Part shown: piece after piece, positions 8,856-17,150 of the stretch
Numbering within the stretch: position 1 is the first letter of the stretch
Layout of the letters: every line of letters begins with the position of its first letter
NCBI GenBank assembly: GCA_947649225.1
Contig: CANSQX010000001.1
Location: forward strand, 1-62,453
Direction of reading: 5' to 3'
Source of the DNA: an uncultured Flavonifractor sp.
GTDB taxonomy: Bacteria; Bacillota; Clostridia; Oscillospirales; Oscillospiraceae
Length of the DNA: 62,453 nucleotides
Position numbers and translations under genes: made by a program
Notes under the pieces: model-generated
The model's database searches: none
Seen by the model: only the letters and a program-made list of their open reading frames with translations
Told to the model about the DNA's origin: nothing

Positions 8856-9265
8856 GGGGGTCGGGGCGGGGGCCGCCCCCTTCTCACAAACACATGGTAA
8901 ACGGAGACGGTATGATAGCAATAGAAGCACTCCGCGCCAGGCTGACAGACATGGAAGATCAGCGGCATCCAGGTTATGTGAACGATCCGCTTAGGCCTTG
9001 TTTGGAAATGGGCAGAATGCCCAACGGCGAGAGATTGTACCCCAAGGGTATGTGATATCCGCAAGGCAGCAAAGCTGCCAACGGCTATCCAATTCCGCCA
9101 GACAAGGCAAAAATTCGCACCCGCTGTCCACAAAACCGCCTTGCTGCTCCCTGCAAAGAAACTTCCATTAAGGCCAACAGGCTTTCTGTTCGTTTGGATT
9201 CTAATGGATGCCCGCTATTCTTCTCTTTAATTATGAGACGGGCGTGTCCCCAGCCCTACCCACTC

Positions 9266-9294
9266 TTGAAAAGCGGTGTGGACTGTGATAGAAT
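9266..9294 (+). promoter_or_regulatory. Strong promoter TTGAAA-N17-TAGAAT with a TGn extended -10
   Basis: ttgaaa at 9266..9271, 17-nt spacer ending in tga, tagaat at 9289..9294. About 95 nt upstream of the ATG at 9390. Confidence 0.55.
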
Positions 9295-9389
9295 AGCTCC
9301 GTACACTGATCCCGGCCTTGTTAGAGAGAGAAAAGACGCGGGTCCGGCGGTAAGGCTTCGTCTGCCTTGGGTTCGCGCGGGAGGGACCG

Positions 9390-10250
9390 ATGACGTTTCC
9401 GGAACGATGGACCCGCATGAAGGAGGCCTATTTCAGGCACTTACGGGCGGTGCTCTTTTTTGGCAGCATGGCGGTGGGCTTTCTGCTCCTGCTGTTGTGT
9501 CTTCAGCGTATCGAGGCCCCTCCGGCGCCGGAGATCCCTGTCTTCCGCCCCTCCCTCATCCCCCGGCTGGTCACGGCGGAGCAGCTGAACCGGATGGCCT
9601 ACACCGACAGCACGCTGGGCGATCTGCGCTGGGTGTATACCGAGGAATCCCTGCAGGAGCTCAACTATGTGCTGTGGAGCTACGGTATCCGCGATCCGGA
9701 GGCGATCAGCCAGTTTCTGGCTCAGGCTGCCATTGAGACCGGGGCAGGGCGGCGGCTGACCGAGTCGGGGGACGAGGCCTATTTCCAGAGCCGGGGCTAC
9801 ACCGCCGGAACCCGCGGGGCGGGCTATTTCCACCTCACCCATGACTACGGCCAGATGGCTTTTTCGGTCTGGATGATGAAGCGCTATGTGCCCGAGCTGG
9901 CGGACATCGACTATATAAACCCCGCCGCCCACAGCCGGGAGGAGGTGGCCGCATCCTACTATGAGGCGCTTCAGACCGCAGCTAACTTGGGGCTGGACGT
10001 CTCCCGCTACTCCCGGATCGTCTACGCCCCCCAGAGCACGATGATCACTGGGGCCGAGTACATCGCCCAGCAGTTCGCCTGGGAGAGCGCCGGCTACTAC
10101 TGGCAGATGTCAGGCATCGGCGCGGCCCTCTCCCCCGTGCCCGGCGTGGCCAATGCGGACATCGCCTCGGAGCGGGTGGGCGGCAGCAACTGGCAGTCCC
10201 GCCGGGAGGCCTATCTGGCCTTTTACCCGGCGTTGACCCATACCAACTAA
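9390..10250 (+). CDS. Membrane-anchored protein with a GH19/lysozyme-like (predicted chitinase) domain
   Basis: N-terminal TM helix AVLFFGSMAVGFLLLLLCL. FLAQAAIETGAG...GTRGAGYFHLTHDYGQ resembles the FLAQ..HES/GRG.IQLTG.NY pattern of GH19-type muramidases. RBS gggaggga. Confidence 0.55.
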   Translation: MTFPERWTRMKEAYFRHLRAVLFFGSMAVGFLLLLLCLQRIEAPPAPEIPVFRPSLIPRLVTAEQLNRMAYTDSTLGDLRWVYTEESLQELNYVLWSYGIRDPEAISQFLAQAAIETGAGRRLTESGDEAYFQSRGYTAGTRGAGYFHLTHDYGQMAFSVWMMKRYVPELADIDYINPAAHSREEVAASYYEALQTAANLGLDVSRYSRIVYAPQSTMITGAEYIAQQFAWESAGYYWQMSGIGAALSPVPGVANADIASERVGGSNWQSRREAYLAFYPALTHTN

Positions 10251-10302
10251 GAACCTGCATGGAGCCGCAGGTTCCAAAATCAGTCGAAAGGGGAAGAAAA
10301 AC

Positions 10303-10842
10303 ATGGGCCTGTTTGGAGGAACAGCGAAATCAGACTATAAGCCCGAGCCTGCTACGGCAGAGATCCGCGAGGAGCCCGAGGAGGAGCTCCCCAGCCTACC
10401 CAAGCCGCGCAGCAACACCGTGATCGCCAAGGGACTCACCGTGTCCGGCACCATGGAGGGCGAGGGCGTCGTCCAGGTGGAGGGCAATGTGGAGGGGGCC
10501 ATTCACCTCACCGGTTCGGTCATCGTGACCACCACCGGCCACATCAAAGGGCCCGTGGAGGCCGACGTGGTCCGGGTCGCCGGGTTCGTGGAGGGCAACG
10601 TGACCGCCCGGGACCACCTCCGCCTGGAGAAGACGGGCAACGTGGAGGGCGATGTTACCACGGCCTCTCTGGTGGTGGAGGATGGCGGACGGCTGAACGG
10701 CCGCAGCACCATGGTACAGGCGGAGCGCCACGATCCCTTTGTCCCTGCCAGCAGCATCCCTCTGGAGGATCTCCAGTTCGGGCCCAACTACAAGGTGGTC
10801 TCGGACGAGGATGAGGAAGCTGGCGAAAAGAACAGCGTCTGA
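10303..10842 (+). CDS. Bactofilin (polymer-forming cytoskeletal protein)
   Basis: Repetitive beta-helix signature TVIAKGLTVSGTMEGEGVVQVEGNVEGAIHLTGSVIVTTTGHIKGPVEADVVRVAGFVEGNVTARDHLRLEKTGNVEGDVTTASLVVEDGGRLNG. Confidence 0.85.
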   Translation: MGLFGGTAKSDYKPEPATAEIREEPEEELPSLPKPRSNTVIAKGLTVSGTMEGEGVVQVEGNVEGAIHLTGSVIVTTTGHIKGPVEADVVRVAGFVEGNVTARDHLRLEKTGNVEGDVTTASLVVEDGGRLNGRSTMVQAERHDPFVPASSIPLEDLQFGPNYKVVSDEDEEAGEKNSV

Positions 10843-10848
10843 CGCAGC

Positions 10849-10893
10849 GGCCCTGCGGGACGGACCCAGTGTCCGTTCCGCAGGGCCTTTTTT
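10849..10893 (+). terminator. Rho-independent terminator after the bactofilin gene
   Basis: 17-bp stem ggccctgcgggacggac / gtccgttccgcagggcc (one G-U pair), loop ccagt, then TTTTTT. Confidence 0.8.
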
Positions 10894-10936
10894 GCCCTTC
10901 CCCGCTGGAAAGGCTGCGAAAAAATACCTGCAGCGA

Positions 10937-10965
10937 TTGAAACCCGCCGGAGCACGTAGTATAAT
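10937..10965 (+). promoter_or_regulatory. Near-consensus promoter TTGAAA-N17-TATAAT, about 250 nt upstream of the DUF4317-like CDS
   Basis: ttgaaa at 10937..10942, 17-nt spacer, tataat at 10960..10965. Confidence 0.6.
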
Positions 10966-11005
10966 CATAGTAAACGCGCACCGGGCGGGTGCGATCCCGC
11001 AGAGT

Positions 11006-11077
11006 ATGGAAGAAAGACCCGTGAGGAAAGATGCCTATCAGGCGGCTATGCTCCCCCCCCCCCCGCGCCAGCAGTGA
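11006..11077 (+). CDS. Candidate 23-aa leader peptide MEERPVRKDAYQAAMLPPPPRQQ; the PPPP is encoded by the C12 tract
   Basis: ATG at 11006 with only a weak RBS. The stop TGA at 11075..11077 overlaps an in-frame upstream ATG (11077) of the downstream ORF (TGATG). Confidence 0.25.
   Translation: MEERPVRKDAYQAAMLPPPPRQQ
11053..11064 (+). repeat. Homopolymeric C12 tract
   Basis: Counted directly: ct-cccccccccccc-gcg. Confidence 0.95.
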
Positions 11078-11223
11078 TGAACCGGCGGCCGCACGGGCCG
11101 GCGGCGCAGGCGATCGCTCTGAGCTCTTTTTCTTTTTTGAAGCGGGAGCCGGGCGTAAGGCGGCCGCGCTGTCCCGCCCGGAGGGCGGCCATCGACACAT
11201 GCATACATAGAAAAGAGGCAGCT

Positions 11224-12357
11224 ATGAACGAAAAGGAAGTCTCTGAGATCCGCCGCCGGTTCCGGCCGGACAAGACCAACATCACCCATATCCGGGGATG
11301 TTATGTCAATGAACTGGGGGAGATTGTGTCGGAGTTCGACCAGTCCCTGGCCATGATGACCCAGGAGGAGGCCGAGACCTTTCTGGCCATCCTCAAGCGG
11401 GCCCTGTCCGGCGCGCTGGGGCGGAATTTGATCGATATCTCCTTCGCCACCCGTCAGGTGGCCGAGGGGGAGTCCCACCGGCGGCTGATGGACCTGCGGG
11501 GCTCCGGCCTGCGGGACGACGGGGCGGTCCGGGCCTTCTTTCAGCTGGCCATCCAGACCCTTGCGATGGAGGGCAATTACCTGATCCTCCTGGCCCACGA
11601 CACCTATGACGTTCCCTGGCGGAGCGGGGACGGGGTGCGGCAGGACGACGCGGGGGACGGCGTCTACTCCTACCTCCTGTGCGCCGTCTGCCCGGTGAAG
11701 CCCACCAAGCCCGCCCTGAGCTACTACGCCCCGCAGAACCAGTTCCGGACCCGGGCGGCCGACTGGCTGGTGGCCCCGCCTGAGCTGGGCTTCCTGTTCC
11801 CCGCCTTCAATAACCGGAGCACCGACCTGTATCACGCCCTCTACTACACCCGGGACGCGGCGGGGAGCCGTCCGGAGTTCGCCCAGGCGATCTTTGCGCA
11901 GGAGCTCCCCATGCCGGCGGAGGTGCAGAAGGAGAGCTTCCGGGACATTCTGGGCGAGGCCCTGGCCGAGGAGTGCCGCTATGAGGTGGTCCAGACCGTC
12001 CACGACAGCCTGTGCGGAATGATCGAGGACTACAAGGCGGACCGGGAGGCGGATGAGCCACCGGCGATCTCCCGGGAGGACGTGCGGCGTGTGCTCCGGT
12101 CCTGCGGGGTCCCGGAGGAGCACGCAGACCGCTTCGAGGAGGCCTACGGCCAGGTGTTCGGCGAGGACGCCGGGCTCAGCCCCGGGAACCTGGTGGACCC
12201 CAAGCAGCTGGAGGTCCGCACCCCCGACGTGACTATCCGCGTCAGCCCGGCCTGCGGCGACCGGCTGGAGACCCGGGTGATCGACGGACGGAAATACATC
12301 CTAATCCGTGCCGACGGCGGCGTGGAGGTCAACGGCGTGCCCATCCACATCGGCTGA
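11224..12357 (+). CDS. DUF4317-like conserved Firmicutes protein (function unknown)
   Basis: MNEKEVSEIRRRFRPDKTNITHIRGCYVNELGEIVSEF... matches my memory of the DUF4317 N-terminus. RBS aaaagagg lies before the ATG at 11224. The ORF is open upstream to 11074. Confidence 0.7.
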   Translation: MNEKEVSEIRRRFRPDKTNITHIRGCYVNELGEIVSEFDQSLAMMTQEEAETFLAILKRALSGALGRNLIDISFATRQVAEGESHRRLMDLRGSGLRDDGAVRAFFQLAIQTLAMEGNYLILLAHDTYDVPWRSGDGVRQDDAGDGVYSYLLCAVCPVKPTKPALSYYAPQNQFRTRAADWLVAPPELGFLFPAFNNRSTDLYHALYYTRDAAGSRPEFAQAIFAQELPMPAEVQKESFRDILGEALAEECRYEVVQTVHDSLCGMIEDYKADREADEPPAISREDVRRVLRSCGVPEEHADRFEEAYGQVFGEDAGLSPGNLVDPKQLEVRTPDVTIRVSPACGDRLETRVIDGRKYILIRADGGVEVNGVPIHIG

Positions 12358-12447
12358 CCCTCCGGTTCCATGCGGCGATCCTAGGAAAAAGCCCGCAGCG
12401 CGGCGCCGTCCGCCCGGGCCTGGATACAAAAGGGGGCACAGACTGCC

Positions 12448-14295
12448 ATGAGAAAATGGACCTGGCTGGGACGCTTGCTGGCGGGCACGCTGGCGCTGTC
12501 CCTGCTGGCGGGCTGCAGTGGAGGCGGAGCCCCAACGGAGCAGGCCGCGTCGGCAGCGCGGGAGCAGGTCACGGTCGCCTTCTGGAGCGACCAGCTGACA
12601 GAGCGCTATGGGCAGTATCTCCGGGACAGCTTTCCGGAGGTGGAGTTTGAATTTTACGTCATCACCAATTCCACGGACTTCTACCGCTTCAAGGCGGAGC
12701 ACGGGGACCTGCCGGATATTCTGACCGTCCGGCGCTTTTCCCTGAACGATGTTGCCCCCTGGCGGGACGAGCTCATCGATCTGAGCGGCACCGGCCTCGC
12801 CAATACCTTCCACCAGTCCTATCTGCGCAGCTACACCTACAGCGACGGCACGGTCAACTGGCTTCCCGCCTGCGCGGAGGTGGACGGCCTTCTGGTCAAC
12901 CGGGCCCTGATGGAGGAACACCACATCCCCATTCCCTCCACCCGCCAGGAGTTCATGGAGGCCTGCGCCGCCCTGAAGGCGCTGGGCATCCGGCCCTTCC
13001 GCTCCAACTTCAATGCGGACTACACCTGTATGGAGATCCTGCAGGGGCTCTCCATCGCACAGCTGTCCACCCAGGAGGGCCGGGAGTGGCGGCAGCGCTA
13101 TGAGAGCGGCCAGACAGACCAGCTGAGCGAGGCGGTCTGGCTGCCCGTCTTTGAGGAGCTGGAGGCCTTTCTCTCCTATGCCGGCGTGGTCCCGGCGGAT
13201 CTGGAGGGGGATACCGCCGCCGTCTTCGACGCCTACCGGCAGCGCGAGGTGGCGGTGATCCGCGGCACCAGCGCCGAGGCCAGCCGCTACGGCGCAGAGG
13301 GCATATCGGTCATGATCCCCTACTGCGGGGAGACGGAGGAGGACGGCTGGTATCTGACCTATCCGGCCTTTCAGGTGGCGGCCAGCGTCCGGGCGGAGGA
13401 GCGCCCGGAGCGGCAGGCGCTGATCCTGGAGATTCTGACGGCTATGCTGGGGCAGGAGGGGCTGCGGTGCATTGCAACCGGAGAAAACATGATCGCATAT
13501 AATAGGGGGGTGGAGCTGGCGCTCTCCTCCGTCTTGTGTGAGCTGCCCCCCTATGCGGACCGCAACCGGCTGTATATCCGCCTCGCCTCCTCGGACATGT
13601 TTTCGGTCTCCAGGCAGGTGGTCCAGGGGATGATCACAGGGGAATACCCGGACGCACGGTCCGCCTTTGACGCCTTTAACGCAGCCATGCAGGCGCCCGC
13701 CGGGGCAGAGGCGCCCGCCGTTCATCTGGACACCGGCTATTCCTACGCTTTCCGTCCCGACGGCGGCAGTGCGGCTGCCTCCGCCGTCCTGAACTCCCTG
13801 CGGGAGGAGCTGGACGCCGAACTGCTGATCGGCCAGTCGGTCAACGTCGCCGGCAGCGTCGCCGCCGGGGATTACACTGAGGCCGAGCTCCACTACCTGA
13901 CCATGGGCGAGTCCATCGACCTGCTGCACTGCGAAATGACGGGGGAGCAGCTGTACCGCTATGTGGAGCTTCTGCTGGCGGCGGACGGCAGGCAGGGCGC
14001 GGTCATCAACGACTCCACCCTCTATGTGTCCAGCGGCTTCGAGATGGAGATCCGGCGGACGGAGGACGGCTATGCGCTGGAGCGGCTGACGGCCGGCGGC
14101 CAGCCGCTGGACCTGGCGCAGACCTACTCCGTCACGGTGCTGGGCAATGAGCGGATGCTCCAGAGCGAGCTCCTGGCCGGGGCGGGCGTCACAGCCTTCG
14201 GCCGGGAGGAACGCGCCTACAAGCAGATTATCGTGGACCGTCTGCTGGCGGGCCGGCCGCTTGCCGCCCCCACGGACTATATCACACTCCGATGA
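12448..14295 (+). CDS. Extracellular solute-binding lipoprotein (ABC family-1-like) with a roughly 190-aa C-terminal extension
   Basis: Lipobox LALSLLAGCSGG. VAFWSDQ...DLPDILTVRRF...NWLPACAEVDGLLVNRALMEEHHIPIPSTRQEFMEACAALKALGIRPF is SBP-like. It lies immediately upstream of a sensor kinase. Confidence 0.8.
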   Translation: MRKWTWLGRLLAGTLALSLLAGCSGGGAPTEQAASAAREQVTVAFWSDQLTERYGQYLRDSFPEVEFEFYVITNSTDFYRFKAEHGDLPDILTVRRFSLNDVAPWRDELIDLSGTGLANTFHQSYLRSYTYSDGTVNWLPACAEVDGLLVNRALMEEHHIPIPSTRQEFMEACAALKALGIRPFRSNFNADYTCMEILQGLSIAQLSTQEGREWRQRYESGQTDQLSEAVWLPVFEELEAFLSYAGVVPADLEGDTAAVFDAYRQREVAVIRGTSAEASRYGAEGISVMIPYCGETEEDGWYLTYPAFQVAASVRAEERPERQALILEILTAMLGQEGLRCIATGENMIAYNRGVELALSSVLCELPPYADRNRLYIRLASSDMFSVSRQVVQGMITGEYPDARSAFDAFNAAMQAPAGAEAPAVHLDTGYSYAFRPDGGSAAASAVLNSLREELDAELLIGQSVNVAGSVAAGDYTEAELHYLTMGESIDLLHCEMTGEQLYRYVELLLAADGRQGAVINDSTLYVSSGFEMEIRRTEDGYALERLTAGGQPLDLAQTYSVTVLGNERMLQSELLAGAGVTAFGREERAYKQIIVDRLLAGRPLAAPTDYITLR

Positions 14296-14335
14296 GCCGC
14301 AGCGCAAGGGCCGGAGTGAAGAGGAGGCGGGCTGC

Positions 14336-16987
14336 ATGAGTACCAGCCGAACGCGTGCTAATAGGATCGTTCCGGCGGCATTGGCAGCCGCTCTGGTGCT
14401 GTTCCTGCTGATCGGCGGTGCCTACTTTACCCGGTATTTCAAGAGCCAGATCTTTGCCGAACGCACCACACAGCTCAACGAGATCACCGCCCAGGTACGG
14501 GTCAATCTGACGAATGCGCTGGACGCTCACTGGAACTACCTCACCGCCGCGGTCAACGCCCTGGAGCTCCAGAGGCCGGAGACAGCGGCGGCCGCAGTCC
14601 GCACCGTCGGCGATCTGGAGTCCATTCTGGAGACCGGCAGCTATAGTGCGCGGCTGATGCTGCTGGACAGCAGCGGGAACTGTTACGACGCCTCCGGGAA
14701 GCACGGCGTCTGGTCGGATATCGACCAGATCTCCAGCGGAGAGGCGCGGTATACCTTTATCTCGGACAGCTACCTCTATCAGGGCAGCTACTGGGCCTTT
14801 GTACAGAAACTGGACGTCCCCCTCCAGACGGCCGGGGACGGCGTCCGTTTCACCCACGCCGTACTCCTGAAGGACATCCATACGCTGTCTGAATACTACG
14901 ACAGCGCCGCCTACGGCAGCCAGAACGAAACCTATATTCTGAAGAGCAACGGCACCCGGATGCACGACGACATTTCCGGGGAAAAAACCATCCAGGCCTA
15001 TAATGTGCTCAAGGTGCTTGAGGAGATGGAGGGCCAGAACGTCCCCGACATCCGGGCCGCGCTGGCCGAGCAGGGGACCATCAGCACCAATTTTATCCTC
15101 AACGGCGCCGAGTACTACTACTGCCTCACCTCGCTGGAGGAGTATGACACTCTGCTTCTCTTCCTGATTCCGGCGGAGTTTGTGGCCTCCGGGACGGTCA
15201 ACATGGTGGGGACGGTCGTCCGGACGCTGCTGATTCTGGTGGTGGTGCTGCTGGTGCTGCTAATCCTGGCGGCATTCTCCATTATCCGGCAACAGAGCAG
15301 CACCCGCCTGTTCCGGCAGGAGCAGGAGAACCTGCGCCGCCAGGAGGAGATGAACGCCCGGCTGGAGGCATCCAACGCCATGCTGGCCCGCTCCAAGGAG
15401 ACGGCGGAGCAGGCCTTTCAGATCGCAGAGGAGGCCAACCGGGCCAAGAGCTCCTTCCTCTCCAACATGAGCCACGACATCCGCACCCCCATGAACGCCA
15501 TTGTGGGGTTTGCGGCGCTGCTGGCCCGGGACGCGGACCACCCGGACAAGGTGAAGGAGTACACCCGGAAGATCACCGCCTCCAGCCAGCACCTGCTGGG
15601 GCTCATCAACGACATTCTGGACATCAGTAAGATTGAGGCCGGAAAGACCACCCTGAACCTGTCCGCCGAGAGCATCGTGGAGCTCATTGAGAACATCGAC
15701 GCTATCATCCGCCCGCAGATGAAAGCCAAGGGGCACACCTTCGAGGTCCACAGCAAGGATCTCCGGCACGAGCTGGTGGTGATGGATAAGCTCCGCCTGA
15801 ACCAGATTCTGCTCAACCTGCTGTCCAACGCAGTCAAGTACACCCCGGAGGGCGGCCGGGTCGTCCTGACCGTCCAGGAGCTGCCCCAGTACGCCCGGCA
15901 GCTGGCCCACTTCCGGTTCATCGTGGCGGACAACGGCTATGGCATGAGTCCGGAGTACCTGGAGAAGATCTTCCACGCCTTCACCCGGGAGGAGGACAGC
16001 GTGACCAATCAGATCCAGGGCACCGGCCTGGGAATGGCTATCACGAAAAACCTGCTGGACCTGATGGGCGGCAAGATCGCGGTGGAGAGCGAAAAGGGGA
16101 AGGGCTCCACCTTCACCGTGGACCTGGAGCTGCCAATCAGCGAGCAGGCCATCGACCAGGATTTCTGGCAGAAGCACGGCATTGCCCGGCTCCTGGCGGT
16201 GGACGACGAGGAGGTCGTCTGCCAGAACATCCAGCTCGCCATGGAGGGCGCCGGGGTGGCGGTGGACTACGTGCTGGACGGCCGGACGGCGGTGGAGCAG
16301 GTGAAGCAGGCCATGCAGGCGGGCCGCCCCTACCACGTGGTCCTGCTGGACTGGCGGATGCCGGGGATGGATGGCCTGGAGACCGCCCGGCGTCTCCGGC
16401 TGGAGATTCCGCGGGAGGTCCCTATTCTGGTCCTGTCCAGCTACGACTGGCCGGAGATCGAGGAGGAGGCCCTGGCCGCCGGGGTGGACGCTTTCCTCCC
16501 CAAGCCCTTCTTCCTGACCAGCTTCCGCCAGAAGATGGATACCGTGTTGGGCCGCGCCGGTCCGGCGCCCGAATCCGGCGGCGTGCAGAGCAGCTTGGAG
16601 GGCATACACATCCTTGTGGCCGAGGACAACGAGATCAACGCGGAGATCCTCAGCGAGCTGCTGGACATGGCGGGAGCCACCTGCGACATCTGCGGGAACG
16701 GCCAGCTGGTGGTGGAGTCCTTCGCCCACTCCCAGCCCGGGCAGTACCAGCTAGAGCTGATGGATGTGCAGATGCCCGTTATGAACGGCTATGAGGCCAC
16801 CCGGCAGATCCGGGCGCTGGACCACCCTCTGGCCCGGAGCGTCCCCATCATCGCCATGACCGCCAACGCCTTCGCCGAGGACATCCGGGACGCGCTGGAG
16901 GCTGGCATGAACGCCCATGTGTCCAAGCCCATTGACATGGCCGTATTGGAGCAGACCATCCATACGGTCCTCAGTTCTTGTTCTTAA
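14336..16987 (+). CDS. Hybrid sensor histidine kinase (extracytoplasmic sensor domain, HisKA, HATPase_c, two receiver domains)
   Basis: H-box SFLSNMSHDIRTPMNAI. N, G1 and G2 boxes (LLSNAVKYTPEGG, DNGYGM, GTGLGMAITKNL). Receiver 1 LLAVDDEE...VLLDWRMPGMDG. Receiver 2 ILVAEDNEINAEI...LMDVQMPVMNG. ATG at 14336 after gaggagg. Confidence 0.9.
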   Translation: MSTSRTRANRIVPAALAAALVLFLLIGGAYFTRYFKSQIFAERTTQLNEITAQVRVNLTNALDAHWNYLTAAVNALELQRPETAAAAVRTVGDLESILETGSYSARLMLLDSSGNCYDASGKHGVWSDIDQISSGEARYTFISDSYLYQGSYWAFVQKLDVPLQTAGDGVRFTHAVLLKDIHTLSEYYDSAAYGSQNETYILKSNGTRMHDDISGEKTIQAYNVLKVLEEMEGQNVPDIRAALAEQGTISTNFILNGAEYYYCLTSLEEYDTLLLFLIPAEFVASGTVNMVGTVVRTLLILVVVLLVLLILAAFSIIRQQSSTRLFRQEQENLRRQEEMNARLEASNAMLARSKETAEQAFQIAEEANRAKSSFLSNMSHDIRTPMNAIVGFAALLARDADHPDKVKEYTRKITASSQHLLGLINDILDISKIEAGKTTLNLSAESIVELIENIDAIIRPQMKAKGHTFEVHSKDLRHELVVMDKLRLNQILLNLLSNAVKYTPEGGRVVLTVQELPQYARQLAHFRFIVADNGYGMSPEYLEKIFHAFTREEDSVTNQIQGTGLGMAITKNLLDLMGGKIAVESEKGKGSTFTVDLELPISEQAIDQDFWQKHGIARLLAVDDEEVVCQNIQLAMEGAGVAVDYVLDGRTAVEQVKQAMQAGRPYHVVLLDWRMPGMDGLETARRLRLEIPREVPILVLSSYDWPEIEEEALAAGVDAFLPKPFFLTSFRQKMDTVLGRAGPAPESGGVQSSLEGIHILVAEDNEINAEILSELLDMAGATCDICGNGQLVVESFAHSQPGQYQLELMDVQMPVMNGYEATRQIRALDHPLARSVPIIAMTANAFAEDIRDALEAGMNAHVSKPIDMAVLEQTIHTVLSSCS

Positions 16988-17106
16988 AAAACGGGAAGCC
17001 CTTCGTACACACGGCGGGCGCATGGCAGGGAGCTCGGACTTCCCTCGGTGCAAAGACAGAGAGAACCTCCGCTTCCCTGCCAGAGGCGCCAGCCCCTGGT
17101 CCTTTG

Positions 17107-17142
17107 CAAAAAACAGTCCCGGACGCAGATTAAGCGTCCGGG
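17107..17142 (-). terminator. Rho-independent terminator of the minus-strand hybrid kinase gene
   Basis: Minus-strand reading: cccggacgc-ttaatct-gcgtccggg followed by actgTTTTTTg. Confidence 0.7.
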
Positions 17143-17150
17143 GCTGTGCG

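Noticed and set aside
11020-11032. GTGAGGAAAG in the DUF4317 leader resembling the RNase P RNA GAGGAAAGUCC motif
   Set aside because: The motif is not followed by GUCC. The region is far too short and lacks the other conserved RNase P helices.
12301-14337. 678-aa minus-strand ORF, plus many 60-500-aa ORFs rich in Arg/Pro/Gly throughout the window
   Set aside because: All overlap better-supported genes in another frame or strand. Arg/Pro/Gly-rich translation is the signature of out-of-frame reading of GC-rich coding DNA.
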